Shown: positions 25,816 to 39,443 of the stretch, piece by piece
Layout: the number at the start of each line of letters is the position of its first letter
How positions within the stretch are numbered: position 1 is the stretch's first letter
From: Lama guanicoe
Lineage: Eukaryota
Length of the DNA stretch: 64,000 nt
Assembly: GCA_013239625.1 (NCBI GenBank)
Contig: MU053881.1
Location: forward strand, 9,819,957 to 9,883,956
Direction: 5' to 3'
Notes under the pieces: generated by a model
Seen by the model: only the letters and a program-made list of their open reading frames with translations
What the model was told of the DNA's origin: nothing
Databases searched by the model: none
Translations under genes and position numbers: made by a program

Positions 25816-27009
25816 ATTACCACCATGTATAATAACTATAATCTTTGGTTATAATCTTATGTTTACCTACTACTATGTTATTTGACCAGGCAAGAGTATT
25901 TAAGAGCATTTCAGAGTCCTTTCAAGAGGATAATACACTAAAAGTCATGTCCTAGGGAGACTAGTCTGGCAGATGATGTGCAGGACGGGAGAGGCCAGAC
26001 AAGGCAGAACACAGTTGCAGCAGTCGAAATGGGACTTGATGAAGGTCTGGCCTTAGGGGAGAGAGGAGACAGGACTGTTATCCCTCTCAGCTCAGAGAGA
26101 GATCCAGGATGTTGCCTGAGGATATATAGCAAGACAACCCTGAAAAAAGAACACAGAGGAGTCCTACCCATTTCTTTTGTGACCTTCTAGTGTTTTTCCT
26201 GTGGTTAACAAGAGTTTACGAATCACCCACTAAGGACCTAAGTACAATGTGTTACACTGTGGACCATAGGAGATACATTTAAAACCAGTCTTCAGCTTCC
26301 AAAGTTGTAACATGTCCTTCCCTCCACTTAAATATCTTTCAGCTAAAATTCAGAAGACACAAAGAAACTGAAGAGTTATTTCCTATCTTATTCTAAAGAT
26401 TATCATGTATCCCAACTTAGCTGCACAGTGTACAGGGCAATTTCAGTTTCTTTACAGTAGCTATACTGTGAGTTTTCTGTTATTCAATTAGTTCTCACCG
26501 ACACCTGGAAGCCAGAGTTCACAGCTGAAAGCACGATCAAATTCATGAGGTATTCACATGTACTCATCACAGCGCATCCTTTAAGGTGACATTAATGAGA
26601 GTAAAATGTCTGACTCTCACAGTATTATGATTAGAGATACAACCATAACGTAGAATCTGCCACAAGGGTGGAGATACCCATTGCAAGATAATGTTCTGAG
26701 CACTTAAAGGCAGTGGTAGGCTCCTTGAGAGATGCGTTCAAAAACCGATGTCTTGTTCTCCTCTCTGAGGCTACAAGGGGCCATCATCCTTCTTATTAAT
26801 ATTAATTCCAGTGCTCCCAATGTGCTGCTCAGTGAGAACCCATTGTCTGAGTGTCTGAAAAAGGTGAAATATAAAAAAGATCATGTCTCTCTGTGCTTGT
26901 TTACCTTCCTTCTGAGCTCTCCTAGAATTTGTGATAACTGGAAGAAATTTCTCTTAAAAATTGAATCAAGGGTACCTGTTGTTCTGCTGAAGGATTATTA
27001 TGAAGTAGG

Positions 27010-28380
27010 AATAATAATTAAACCTTCACTGAGTCCTTCAACTTTGCACATGAATGCATTGCTGTAAGTGATTTCCATGGTCCTTATTAGCAATGTTATA
27101 TAGGTGAGGAAACTCGACCCTGGAAGGGGTAAGCAGACTGACCTAAACTTGCAGAGAGCTCATGTGGGCAGAGCTAGGTGTGACCCAGGCAAATGGACTT
27201 TCAAAGTCCAAACGTTGCCAGCCTGTGAAATTAACACGTGGCTCCAAGTCCTAGATGGAGCAACCATCTCGGTCAGCGCTCCCAGCAGCAGTTAGGCTGG
27301 GACCTCTGCAAAGGCACAGGCTGTTTCTTAGTCATACTTTGTTCGTTTGTTTTTGACTACTTCTGGAATGTAGTGAAAGGCTCTCGGTAAAAGTATACTA
27401 GTAATTAGAGGGGCACCACGATACGGAAGGCATGTTATCTCCCCCATTCTTAACAACCACCTTATAGAGTGGTACTCGTATTCCCATGGAAAAAAGATGA
27501 TGACCCGAGATGCTAACAAGTTCACTGATGCTCACAAAGCCAACGTGTGGCAGAGTTTGAATTCAGCACGGTAACACCCCAAAGCAAAACTATGCTGGCA
27601 AATCCATTTCTAAATGAGTCTATGACTGAACGATTCTGACTTGCATCACACCAATTGCTTGGTCACTCAAAGGCTGGTTTCTTTAGCTGTAACTTCAGCA
27701 GAATTTCTACCTCTCCCTAGAGAGGGAGGAGAGAGATGTGATGTATAAACACACACATGTGTGTGTTTGTTCATTTACACTGCATCATCTTTCAAATACG
27801 ATTCTAACTGGAGACTAAAAGTATATAATGTGTCTAGAGGATGTTTTATATTCTTTATATTCTTCAAAATATCTTTCCCTAAAATGTTGGCAAACCCTCA
27901 AATGAGGAACTCTTCAAGAACTGGGATTTTTAAAACAGGATTTTTTAAAATTCACGGTTAATATTCTATTTGTTTGATATGAAGAAAAGAAGTTACATAA
28001 TGCTTCATCAGATGAAATGTTGGAAGGTTTTAAAGTTTACCCCTGCCAGTTTCAAATTATACACGATGATTAAGCATATTTTGCTGAAAATTAAATACTG
28101 AAATAAATTGTGGCTTTTGATTTGCTGATTGGACGATGGGTTGTTACAACAGAACAGGAAAATAATAATCCCAGGCAACATTTACAGAGTCCCTGCACCC
28201 TAGACTTACGTGTTTTCTCATCCTCACCAAAGTGAGTTGTGTGCTCATTATACCAGTGAGGAAGCTGAGACTCCCCACGGTGAAACAGCCAGCCTGCACT
28301 GACGGAGTTAGAAAGAGAAAAAGCAGGGAATGTAAGTCCAGGTCCCTTCGTGTCCAAAGTCCATTTTTTTAAATCATTAC
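27010..28380 (-). mobile_element. Three MIR fragments (~27010-27230, ~27420-27570, ~28165-28380)
   Basis: ataggtgaggaaact; ttcccatggaaaaaagatgatgac..tggcagag; cagtgaggaagctgagactc..gtccaaagtcc. Confidence 0.6.
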
Positions 28381-28589
28381 CTTTCACTGGACAGTACATT
28401 TTGGTGTAGGTGGCAAAAATACTTTCTTCCTTCCTTTCAAACAAAACTAAACAACAAAAAGCAGCAGCCGTGGGAGGGATAGCTAAATTCCAGCTGAAGA
28501 ATGCAACAAGAGAATAGGCGAAAGGGGAAGGAAAGAAGGACACTGTCCACTGAGAATCTGGTTATCGAAAAATCAACACAGAAACATCA

Positions 28590-29110
28590 ATTTGAAGAGC
28601 TAGATGCCCACCTGTGTTCATCACAGCATAGTTTATAGTAGCCAAGATACGGAAACAACCCAAGTGTCCATCCACTGATGGATGAATAGATAAAGAAGAT
28701 GTGTCCATATATAATATATACCACACATATTACTCAGCCATAAAAAAAAAAAGAATGAAATCCTGTCACTTGTAACAACATGGATAGACCCTGACGATAT
28801 TATGCTAAGTGAAGTAAGTCAGATGGAGAAAGACAAACACCATATGATTTCATTCATATGTGGAATCTAGGACTTTTTTTTTTAAAAAGGGGGACAAACA
28901 AATTAAAATAAAAACAAACTCACAGATACAGACAACAGATTAGTAGTTATCAGACGAGAAGGGGGTTGGGGGTTGGGTGAAGAGGGTGAAGGGGATCAAC
29001 TGTACGGTAATGGGTGGTAACTAAACCTGTGGTGGTGACCACGCTGTAGTGTATACAGAGGTCGAACTGCAATGTTGTACACGTGAAAAGTAAAAACTGA
29101 AAAAGAAGAA
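28590..29110 (+). mobile_element. L1 3' end, distinct (probably older laurasiatherian-type) 3' UTR
   Basis: tagccaagatacggaaacaacccaagtgtccatc..aacatggatagacc..gctaagtgaagtaagtcaga..ggggatcaactgtacggtaatgggtggtaacta. Confidence 0.9.
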
Positions 29111-29489
29111 AAAAACCCCTCACATCTCCCCCAAAATCTTTCAGAAAAAAGGAACAAACCCTTGGGCTAGCAGAAAAATTAGCAACGGTATGAGGAGATG
29201 AGGGAAGAAGACACGTGAAGGACTTCTCCATACTTGGAAAACAGAGACTCGGTAACAAGCCAGGAAAATAGATTTTAAGAATGTAAGCAACTAGGTACTA
29301 GCAAATTGGTAAATAATACTAAATCAAACAATAATGAGCAAATCAATATTGAATATACACAATGTACAAAACGTGTCCCTGAGCATAGAAACACAGGTGT
29401 AAATCATAGCTGTGTCCTGAAACAGCTGGAAAAGGCTGAGAAAATTTAAGAATCAGAACTAAACAATCCACCAGCGTGTAATAATTTTA

Positions 29490-29690
29490 CAATAATAATA
29501 ACATTTACTGAGCACTTTCTGTGTCCCTAACACATGCTAAGTACTTGATATTTATGAGCTCTTTAACTATCACAATAATCATAAAGAGAAAGTGATGGTA
29601 TTTTTCCAATTTTATAGACACACACTTGCCAAGGTTACAGAATTCAGGAAGCGCAGGGCTGCAATTTGAACCCAGCTGCACATTTTCTAT
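29490..29690 (-). mobile_element. MIR SINE
   Basis: aacatttactgagcactt..cttgccaaggttacag..atttgaacccag. Confidence 0.7.
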
Positions 29691-31079
29691 CACTGCAATA
29701 TACCCTTGACATACGCAATAGTCTTCTACCTTAACGTATTTATATCACCCTTTAAAATTTTTTCTGTGTCCTACCTTGTGGGTATTGCTTAATGATGATA
29801 ATCTCCCACTTCAAACAAAATACTCCACTTTTATCTGCTCTTATTTACTGGCTTTCTTTACACATGAAAAACTTTCTCAAGCAGACATTTTTTTCTCAAA
29901 AAAAAAAAAACTGTGAAAGTGAATAAAATAGATAATTCTTAGGGCTGCTTGCTCATATGAAGGGTGCTTTATACACTTCACAAAACTCTGCCACAGAAGA
30001 ACAACAGAAGATACATTTCCATTTAAAATGCTAAGTCTTTGATCTATGATCTAAATCACATTAATTCAAACTCTGCCAATTTGAAATTCATCGACCTATA
30101 GAATTTTAGAGATGAGCAAATTAGAAGGATAAGTAGGAGTTCAGTGAGAATATTTGTTCTCCTTAGGAAAACACATTTGAGGGACTCAAAAAAAAAAAAA
30201 AAACCAAAACACAGTATGCCAATCTCAAATGCTTTGTACATCATTATTAAAAGTAGTCTAGTGGCACCTCTCCTTCTCAAGATATTTTTGTCTCATGTGT
30301 TTCCAAGAATGATAAACATGTATTTTATCGTCAGTATACTGCAGCATAGACTTTTGTCTCCATAGATCTGGCTTACAGTGGTGGGTATGGGATACACTTT
30401 AAATAACTGAGAATAAGTAATTTAATTATAATCTGAGCACAGAAGCCCCGATAAGCCCTGCGAAGCACAGTTGCAAGTGGTATCCAGTACCTTAGCCCTG
30501 AGTCATCTCACATTTTCTCCCTCTGCTTCTGAGGCTAATGTTTCCTCATACTGGTTTTTCTGCCACAAATTAACAGGCATGCTTTGAAAAGTATTCTGTG
30601 TCATAATCAAGTCTGGGAAACAAGAGGTTAAAAGGACCTTCTTGTAGGAGTTCTCAGAGCATCTAATATGCTAATGAATGGAGTAAATATCCCAGAAATG
30701 GATTTTGTAGGCAGTGTTTCACAACCTTAAATGTCATTGTGCATATCTGTTATTATCATCTAAAATTGTTTTCCACAAAATTTCATTGTGGGAAAGGCTC
30801 TTCTAAGTTAACCATGACTTGAGAGAGAAACCACCTTGTGCGGAGTTTTCCTGCTCACTTCTCTCTGCTTCCTGGAGAAGGAAGTATTTTCCCAGCCAAT
30901 CACTGAGCTGCTCACGATAACCTCGCTCCCAGGTAGCCAGCCTGAAGCTCGCCATTGGCCATCATTAATTTCTGCAAGAACAGATGATTAATTACAATGT
31001 TTAATTGAGTTTTGGAAACCTCTGTCATTTCTTGGTTTAGATCCTCGAGTCCGGTAGGAACCTATAGATTATGAATGAT

Positions 31080-31500
31080 GAAAATGACAGACGCAAGCTG
31101 CTAAACTCAAGGCGTATCATTCTTGAATAGAGGGACATAGATATTAAAATGGGCTATTTAAATCCAATGAAGTAAATACAATGTTAGCAACAGTACGGTT
31201 GCAAATAGAAGAGGCATCTAACACAGTCTGGGCGATTCCAGGAAGACTTCCTAATGAAACTCGCCTCCCAAACTGGGCATTAGATGAACTCCTTAGTGAG
31301 CACTTCTTAGTCATGTGGTGGGTGTATATTCTAGGGAGAGAAGGACGTAGGGAGGGAGTGTTCCAGGCATAGAGTATAAACAGAGGTGGGAGCTGGCCCT
31401 GTTTAACGAATTAAAAGATATCCCCAAGTAGGGTAGAGATCAAAAAGGGAAATGAAGAGAGATGTGTCTGGAGAAGGAAACAGGAATAAACAGATCTTGA
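31080..31500 (-). mobile_element. Degenerate L2 fragment
   Basis: gcatctaacacagtctggg..caggaagacttcct..gtgttccaggcatagag (antisense L2 motifs). Confidence 0.5.
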
Positions 31501-31890
31501 GCCAAAATGTTTGAATCACGACTTCCCTCCATTGCCCTCCAAATGCCAAGCACATTACAATTACCTTGCCCATCTGCCTTCCAGTTTTTCCTCCCTAAAA
31601 TGCTTTACCTAAATTCTATCTTTCTTTTATGACCCAGGCGAGAAACACCCATCTCTCAACAATCTTGCATTTCACTGAACTACTCTAAGATTCTCTACCA
31701 TCCCCAGCCATTAGTTATAGTCCGTGGCCACTTGAACACAGAACTAAAAATAGCAATGTAGGCTCTCTCCTTCTGACCAACCTAGAAGGTCCAAGGGCAA
31801 GAGCTGCACTGAAGAATCTTTGAAAGTAAAAGAGAAAGCCGTAAATATTCAATACAAAATGATTCAGGATAAAAGAGGGGGCTGGCCATA

Positions 31891-32351
31891 GAAAAGAATG
31901 AAATCATGCCATTTGCAGCAACATGGATGGACCCTAGAGATTATCATCGTAAGTGAAGTAAGTCAGACAGAGAAAGACAAGTTATCATACGATATCACTT
32001 AAATGTGGAATCTTAAAAAAAAAAAAAGATACAAATGAACTTGTTCACAAACCAGAAACAGGCTCACAGACTTAAAAAACAAACTGTGGCCACCAAAGGG
32101 GAAAGGAGGAGGAGGAGGGATAAATTAGGAGTTTGGGATTAGCAGATATAAACTATTATATATAAAATAGATAAACAACAAGCATGTACTATATACCACA
32201 GGGAACTATATTCAATATCTCACAATAACCTATAATGGAAAAGAATCTGAAAAAGAATAGATGCATCTATCTGAATCACTTTGCTATATACCTAAAACTA
32301 ACACAGATCATTTTAAATCAACTATACTCCAATAAAAAATAATTTAAAAAT
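31891..32351 (+). mobile_element. L1 3' end (~460 bp)
   Basis: gaatgaaatcatgccatttgcagcaacatggatggacc..ctgaatcactttgct..caactatactccaataaaaaa; degenerate TSD aaagagggggctggccata (~31872-31890) / aaaggggggggctgacata (~32352-32370). Confidence 0.92.
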
Positions 32352-32419
32352 AAAGGGGGGGGCTGACATATTTGGGCAAAGTTTTATATCTTATTCACAA
32401 AGAACCATTTTTAAAATGT

Positions 32420-32900
32420 CTCCAGATTGTAGGAATTTATCCGAAGAACATAATAGGACCAGTGCACAGTAGTCCACAAAGATGTTCATTAAAACCTGCT
32501 TATAATAGCAAAAAAAGTTGGAAACAATTTCAAGATCTTTTAGAAAGGGATTGGTTTAAAAATGATGGTTTTTCCACACAAAGGAGTACCATGCTGCCAT
32601 TAAAAATAATGATGTAGATCTAAATATGCTGTGATCAGAAGGGGTCCATGACATATCGTTAAATGACAAAAGCAGGTTGCCAACAAGCCAGTATGGAATG
32701 ACCTCAATTATGTAAAATGTTATAAATACCTAGTCATAGACAGATGTTAAGAGTAACAGTCACCGAAAAGATAACAATGATTAATTCAAGGCGGGATACT
32801 GTCAGGTGATTTTTGTTTTCTTCCTTATAGTCTGCTGTACTGTTTGATTTCTTTCAAATAATGAGCATAGTTCTATGTGCAGAACAGTTTAAAAATCTAG
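32420..32900 (+). mobile_element. Old L1ME-like fragment
   Basis: taggaatttatcc..caaagatgttcatt..tataatagcaaaaaa..tggaaaca..tgctgccattaaaaataatgatgtaga. Confidence 0.7.
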
Positions 32901-33441
32901 TTCAATTGTGATTTTAAAAGTATTACATTTTCAATGGACAGAAGAACATGACATGTTTTCGGCATGTGGCTTATTTGGGAAATAGTTCTCAGATATTCTC
33001 CCCCTTGGTTATACCCAGGGGCCACCTCACTTGGGACCACTGTAGACATGAGCCAGTCTGTGGTCCTGGGCCACTGGCAGTAGGGGGGAGCTGACTGCCG
33101 GTCCATCTACCTCTCTCCCACCGATCTGGGATATGAATTGCTATGTTAGATTATCGGTGTGACATGCCCACAGGGAAGGGAAAGTCTTCCATGAGATAAC
33201 TGAGTCCTAGGATTTGGAGACATGGCTGAGAACACAACTGGCAGGTTTTGACTGGTACTAGGGGGTGTAATACAATTTGTTTCTCCTCTCAGGAAACACA
33301 AGCTTGAACCTCATGAGAATTTGGTTCCAACAGGTGTTTCAATAAATGCTTCTCATACCAATGACAAGATTTTATATATTAAATGGAGTTCCAAGAAGGC
33401 ATATCTGAAAAGAATCAAGTCAATGTAAACCATTTTCTTAC

Positions 33442-33527
33442 CATGTATATCCCACCCATTCTTATCCGACTGGCATCCTTGATCCAGGTACTCAGTGTTC
33501 TTCTCTGAGATAATGTCCTCCATCTTC
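33442..33527 (-). other. Candidate 86-nt exon of an unidentified minus-strand transcript
   Basis: ttttcag|GAAGATGG...ATACATG|gtaaga; two of three frames open; no protein recognised. Confidence 0.25.
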
Positions 33528-33833
33528 CTGAAAATCCACAATGTTCAGGTTGTTCAAAGGCAGCTCCCATTCTTCTCAATCAGGAAACCTTCCTTCATAA
33601 CCTTTCTTGGTCCAAAGTGCATTCCTAAGCTGGATCTCCTAGCACTCATCCTTTCATTCTACTTTCTACTCATTTGCACATCCAGGTCATGTTGGACTGT
33701 GGAGTTTCCATGTCGATTTCTTGAATCCTCAGCTTCCATGACAATTGCACATTTGCAGATTGCTGGCTATATCTTCTACTTTTTCTATTCTGGCACTTTT
33801 CCATACCACCCTTATGAAAAACACATCAGTGAT

Positions 33834-34268
33834 TTGCTACCAGCAAAATTCTGTCCTCCTCAAAATTTCTATGCTGAAGATTTAACCCCCAGGACCTCAA
33901 AATGTGGCTGCATTTAGACATGGGTCCTTTAAATGATAAGTTAAAATGAAGCTGTTAGGATGGGCCCTGATTCAGTCTGACTGATGTTCTTATAAGGAGA
34001 AGAAATGTGGACACACAGAGAGACACCAGGGCTATGGGAGCATAGAAAAAAGGCGATGTGAGAGAAATAAGAGGGTGTGGTCAACTGCAAACCATGGAAA
34101 GAGGCTTCAGAAGAAATCAAACCTTTTGATGACCTTGATCATGGGCCTGCAGCCTCCAGAGAGGATATGAAGAGGATAGAATGTTTTCTGATCAGAAAAA
34201 TAAATTTCTTTTGTTTTAGCCACCCCATCTGTGGGGTCTGGTCACGGCAACCCTGGAAAGTGAATACG
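33834..34268 (+). mobile_element. MaLR MLT1A-type solo LTR
   Basis: tatgctgaagatttaacccccaggacctc..ttaaaatga..gagacaccaggg..gcctccaga..gcaaccct; 5-bp TSD gtgat (33829-33833 / 34269-34273). Confidence 0.88.
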
Positions 34269-34589
34269 GTGATGTAAATCCCAGTCTTCCATTAACACTG
34301 AAAGTTAAACCTTAAAGGAGAGTAGATTCTATCTCCCAATGAGTGATTTCGGACTCCTTTATTAAGCAATCTATTCGATTCTTTCCCCTCAACAGATTAG
34401 GGAGAAGTTTGCCCCCTTGGTATCTCATATAAATTAAAAGAAAACAAGAGTCTGATTCACAGTGGACTTATTATGTCTGTCCTGGTGAAAATAACTAAAA
34501 TTAGGCAGAACCCCTCTCAGTCATAAATGTTCTTCTTCAAACATTTAGAAAACTTTGGAGGATGGAATCAAAGGACAGATTCTCAATAA

Positions 34590-34830
34590 TGTAATATACA
34601 GCCATCTGGGGGCAAATTCGGATTTTGAGTAAATGCATTCTCAAATGCAACAATCAGCTGGAACTGTGCAGAGGGTATCTGGGTGATAAGGTGATAGGTA
34701 TCCAGGTTGCCACAGTCCCCACCACTCTCTACTGCCTCCTTGACAAAGAGGAGTAGTCAGCTGCCATTCATCAGTGTTGGAGCTATTATTTTACTGAGAG
34801 TACAGAAATATCCCTCAGTGCCCAGATTTC
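34590..34830. mobile_element. MER102-like hAT-Charlie fragment
   Basis: ttgccacagtccccaccactctcta..gtcagctgccatt. Confidence 0.5.
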
Positions 34831-35084
34831 TATCTGAAAGGAGAACATAAAAAATAGGCCAAGAAGGCTGATTTCTCTGTCTTAACACCAAGCACACGCC
34901 TTGACTGAATCCTGTAGACACCAAGTTTGTGGCCCAATTTTAGGTCCTCAAGTATGACTTCCAGTGTGATAACAGGAGGTAGAAAGGTTTATTTTGGGTA
35001 GCATTCATTTCGCCAGTCAGTCATCACACGGCCACTGAGTGTCTGCCATATGTCAGACACTCTAAGAGACACCAGAAATGATGA

Positions 35085-35330
35085 TGATGGTGATGGTAAA
35101 AAAAAAATGATAAATATTTATGCAAGGCCAGATATTGCTCTCTGCAGGCTGTCATCTGAGGCTCACAACAACCCTCCGAGACAGATTCTATTACTATCCT
35201 CATTTCACAGATGAGAAAACAGGGTTCAGAGAGGCAAAGTAAATTGCTCAAGATGTGCTAAGAAGTGCGCTGGCTGGGTTATAAACTCAGCAGTCTAAGT
35301 ACAGTACAGACGCCTTAACCATGAAACTAC
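35085..35330 (-). mobile_element. MIR SINE
   Basis: ctcacaacaaccct..catttcacagatgagaaaacagggttcagagagg..cttaaccat. Confidence 0.8.
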
Positions 35331-36819
35331 ATGGCCCCTGATGTCATGGATGCCCAGGGGCAGGACCTTGGTCTCCTGGGTTTTGTACGTGCTTCTTTCT
35401 AGACTTTTGTAAGGAGACTGCAGACATAATGAGACCTCTTGTCTCACCATGTTTTTAAGTTTTATGTGTGTTTTCTGAATTTCCCACCATGTTTGCTCAA
35501 CATTTTTCATCTGGATCATTTACCAAATCCCTTGTTTTCCAATATTTTAACTAATTTCTTTGAAGATCGGCCACTGCTAGATCGCTCTTCTATCCATGTC
35601 TGGAGTTATAAATCCCAATAAGGAAATGTAAACAAACAAAGAGAACCCCCACTAATCCTCCCTGATAATTCCCGTGTTTTGCCTAATGAGCCCTAATGCG
35701 TTTGGATAAACAACCATTCCAAACTACTTGGTCAGAATTTAGAGAATCAATTTTTTTAAACACTTGGGTGATTTTCTTTTCTTCACTCAGTTCAGCTCTA
35801 AATAAGCTTCAGATGCAAACTCCAGGACCTCGTCCCTTTTGCTTGATTTTTCTTTAGACTAAGAGCAGACTCTCTGGAAGATTTCTATATGCAAGGGCAT
35901 TCATGACAGTTCAGCACACCACCTCATTCCCTTGAAGCAAAGGGCTAAGTAGCCATGCCAGGCACGCATTTTGGAAGTTGTTTCTGGTGAACCCCGGCGC
36001 AGAACCCTAAGCAAGTCTGGTAGAGTCTGATCATTGTACTGTTTATTTGATCCAAATTCCAGTTTGTTTTCAATGTAGACAGAAAAGCTCTACCCGTCTC
36101 AGCTCTTCTGCGTGCCTCCATTCTCTGATTTCTCTACCTGTTTGAAACCTTAACGTTATGAAATACTCAGACCCTTCAACACTCTGTTTGCTCCTTCTCC
36201 TCTACTATTTGAAACCTGAAAGCAAACAGAATTATGCTGTGGGCTCTCCCCTCTTCTCCAGTAGTGACTTTCTTATCTTAAAAGACAAAACTGCTTATGG
36301 AATAACATCAACATTCCACTTCATTTTGCCCGGAAAATAAAGAGTCTGTGGTTTACCACTCATCAAAGAATTACTTTATGCTTTCAAGAAAAGTAAGATA
36401 AATGTAAGAGGGATGAGATGGTATCTGGTGTCCTTGTTATCTTCTCCAGCAGTCACAAACAGCTGAAGTCAGGTAGAGTCACAGGTAGTCAAAAATCTAC
36501 AGCTCACTCAAGTCCCAAATAGGTCTTCAGCATGTTGAGTTTTATAATCCAATTATCCTCCCATAATGAACTTGATTCTGCAATCTGCAGCTTCTTGGCT
36601 CTCTACCTCCACCATTCAAGAGATTTCGATTCACCAAAGAAAGTTAAACATCTCTAGTTGGGTGTACTTTATATTTTACCGAACACTTTCTCCACCTCAA
36701 TCAAGCCTTTATTCTCGGCTTACACTGACCACCTTTCCTGCTTCTTCTCTTTAACACACCTCTTATACTACTAAAAAACTTGAACATACTCTCAAGAATT
36801 CCCCCTAAACTTTCACTCT

Positions 36820-37090
36820 AACTCATTCATTTGTCTGACATGTAATTTATTGAGCACCTACTATGAGCCACACTCTCATTTCCATGATGGGGCTACAGGT
36901 GGTCAACAAATCAGAGTCTGCCTCAGCGCTGCTCAATGCACTGAGCCTCAGTAACAGCTCAGTGCTGTTAGTGATGGATAAAATAGCAAATAAACAAGAG
37001 AATTTAATGTAATAATAAGCACCATGAGATAAAAAAGAAGAGGATAATGTGATGGAGAATGACTGAAGGAGGGAGTTACTGTAGATTTGG
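36820..37090 (-). mobile_element. L2 3' end
   Basis: cattcatt..tttattgagcacctactatgagcca..gtcaacaaa..tctgcc. Confidence 0.7.
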
Positions 37091-37689
37091 AGGAAAGTAT
37101 GGAGAACAATCTTTGCTTGAAAACCATACATCCTGCTCAATTCCTCTAGAAGTCACTCCTTTTCTCACACCTGGAGTCAGGAGTCAGCGTCGAATTCCGT
37201 TCACTTCCTACTGCCACTTCCCAATTATTTGCCATCCCTTTCATTCAACAACTCCAGCTTTTTAGGAAGCCCATGCCATTTAACTTTTCATTTTTCCATT
37301 TAGCCATCAAATTGTGCCAACTTTCACGGTGTTTCCTTTACATTCTTTGACATCTTTATTCCATAAATCATAGATTCTCCATTTTGCACCTTGTCCCTCC
37401 ATTCTCTAGCTTTGATGGATGTATTATTCCCAAGGATCAAGACAACAACACCCTAGTGTATCAGTTCTTGGATTTATTTCTACTCCAATGACCCTGAGCT
37501 CCAGTCCACATGGGCAACCCATGAACAGCCACTCTTGTACCTCACTAGTCCTCTCTGACAGTAAACTGGAATTTCTGCTCTTGGTCTACAGGCCCCCATC
37601 ATTCCACTTCACACTAACCACATTCTTCTCTTCACGTGGATCTGTGTAGTGATCCCCTCCAAGTCTACCTGTGCTCTTCTGACCCACCT

Positions 37690-37900
37690 CAGAGTGCTGA
37701 ATCTGTAGAACAGATCTGAGTTCATACCCACCCTCTCCCTAGAGCTGTGGGACTTCAGGAAAAAGTTATTTACCTTATCCTAAGACCCTCTTTTCATTTT
37801 CTGTAAAATGGGGAAAATATTACATGAGTATGTGCATATAAAGACATTAACAACTCCCTGACACACAGGAAATGTGTCATGAAAACGGTCATTATTTTTA
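37690..37900 (+). mobile_element. MIR SINE
   Basis: cagatctgagttca..agctgtgggactt..ctgtaaaatgggga..cctgacacacag. Confidence 0.7.
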
Positions 37901-38868
37901 TTATCTTTCTACCTAGTCCTGCCTCTCTTGTAGGCCTTAATCAGTAATCAGTACCATTTGAAGCTGTAAAACATTTTGCCAGACATCGTGACTGGAAAAT
38001 ACATTCACTAGTCATTTTTCTCTTTAGTTTCCATATTACTGACTTTTTGACAGCAGAATTCCCGCAACTGTATCGACGGCTTACAGTTCATTTTGTTGTT
38101 ATCAACTTCCCACCAATTGATATTCACCAAATCTTTTTTTTCATTGCTAATTGACTGTCTACCTCCTTTACTGGAATCCCTTCTTCTCTTTTATTAACCA
38201 CAAAAATCCCTAAATGCCCTCATTCGGTTTCAATAAATGATCTAATCTCCCATTTTACTAATGTACCAGGATGTTAAATTCAACTCTTCCTGTTGTCTTG
38301 AAATTTCTGCATAGGTTCTTGGCTGAGAATAACACAATAGTTGCCAAAGACTCCCCATTCTAAAGAGAATTGCTAAACCAGCTACACAGGACTTGCAAAA
38401 CAGATGGCTCAAAACCAATTCTGCTAGCATAGGCCCATTACTACTCTTTGAATGTATAAGATATTGAAGTTTAAGAGGTCATGAGGGAACTTACAGAGGA
38501 GGAAAGTTGCAAGAGCTTTACATCCTGTCCTTGCTCCTCCCCTTATACCAGGTAAAAGAGCTTCCCACAGGACCCCAAGGAGACCTCGATATATGTACCT
38601 GGGGCTAGGCCTAAGGTTTGACCTCTGATTCTTACTGGGAAAGGTCTGAAGGGAAAAGTTGGAGCTGAGGGGAAACTTCCTCTCCACCAACAGCTGTATA
38701 AGATGCACATTTCCTGGGAAATAAATTGCCTCTCAAGATAGACTGTCAGCCTGAGATCATCTTAAGATCTGCATGGAAGGCTGAAGTGACCCAGCAGAGA
38801 GATGGACAACCCAAAGGCCAGAGAATGATGATGGACTTAAAAGCAGCCAGCCAGACTCGAAGTCTTAC

Positions 38869-38984
38869 CTGGATTACAGAAGATACAATTGTTGCTTCCC
38901 AGTGGGAACATCTTTGAAAAGCTCAACAAAAGATTCACTTTTGAGAAACTCAACGAAAGAGACGTGAAGCTTGGAACTGTACAT
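38869..38984 (-). other. Candidate ~116-nt exon of an unidentified minus-strand transcript
   Basis: Pyrimidine tract ctgttgtccttatcctcttgagatag| and strong donor CCAG|gtaaga; exact acceptor ambiguous (38988/38984/38976). Confidence 0.2.
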
Positions 38985-39245
38985 CTATCTCAAGAGGATA
39001 AGGACAACAGATGACAACTATTCCACCACACAGACTGAGCAGTGTTCCCCTTGGTCCACTCCCCACCTAACTCTATCCTGGAGGAGTGAAAATACATAGA
39101 GGGAAGTAGGGGAATGGGAAAATAAGGAAAAGAGAAGAATGAACCCATGCATCCTTCCCCACGTTAAGCCTAAAGTAAGTCTGAGCTGGGAAGGAGAGAC
39201 AGTTTTAAATGGAATGCCTTTGAGATTAAATATTATATTGTCTGG

Positions 39246-39395
39246 TTGGGACTGAATCAAACGTACAAGATTCTGTACGGCAAAGGAAACCATAAACAAA
39301 GTGAAAAGACAACCTACAGACCAGGAGAAAATACTGAAAACAATGTGAATGCAAGGGATTAATTTCCAAAGCATGCAAACACCTCATACGACTCA

Positions 39396-39443
<48 letters not shown>

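Noticed and set aside
28091..28543. 150-aa minus-strand ORF
   Set aside because: Non-ATG start, largely overlaps a MIR fragment, no recognisable domain
33070..33095. CTCF-like GGCAGTAGGGGGGAGC
   Set aside because: An extra G breaks the core spacing; not supportable without a PWM scan
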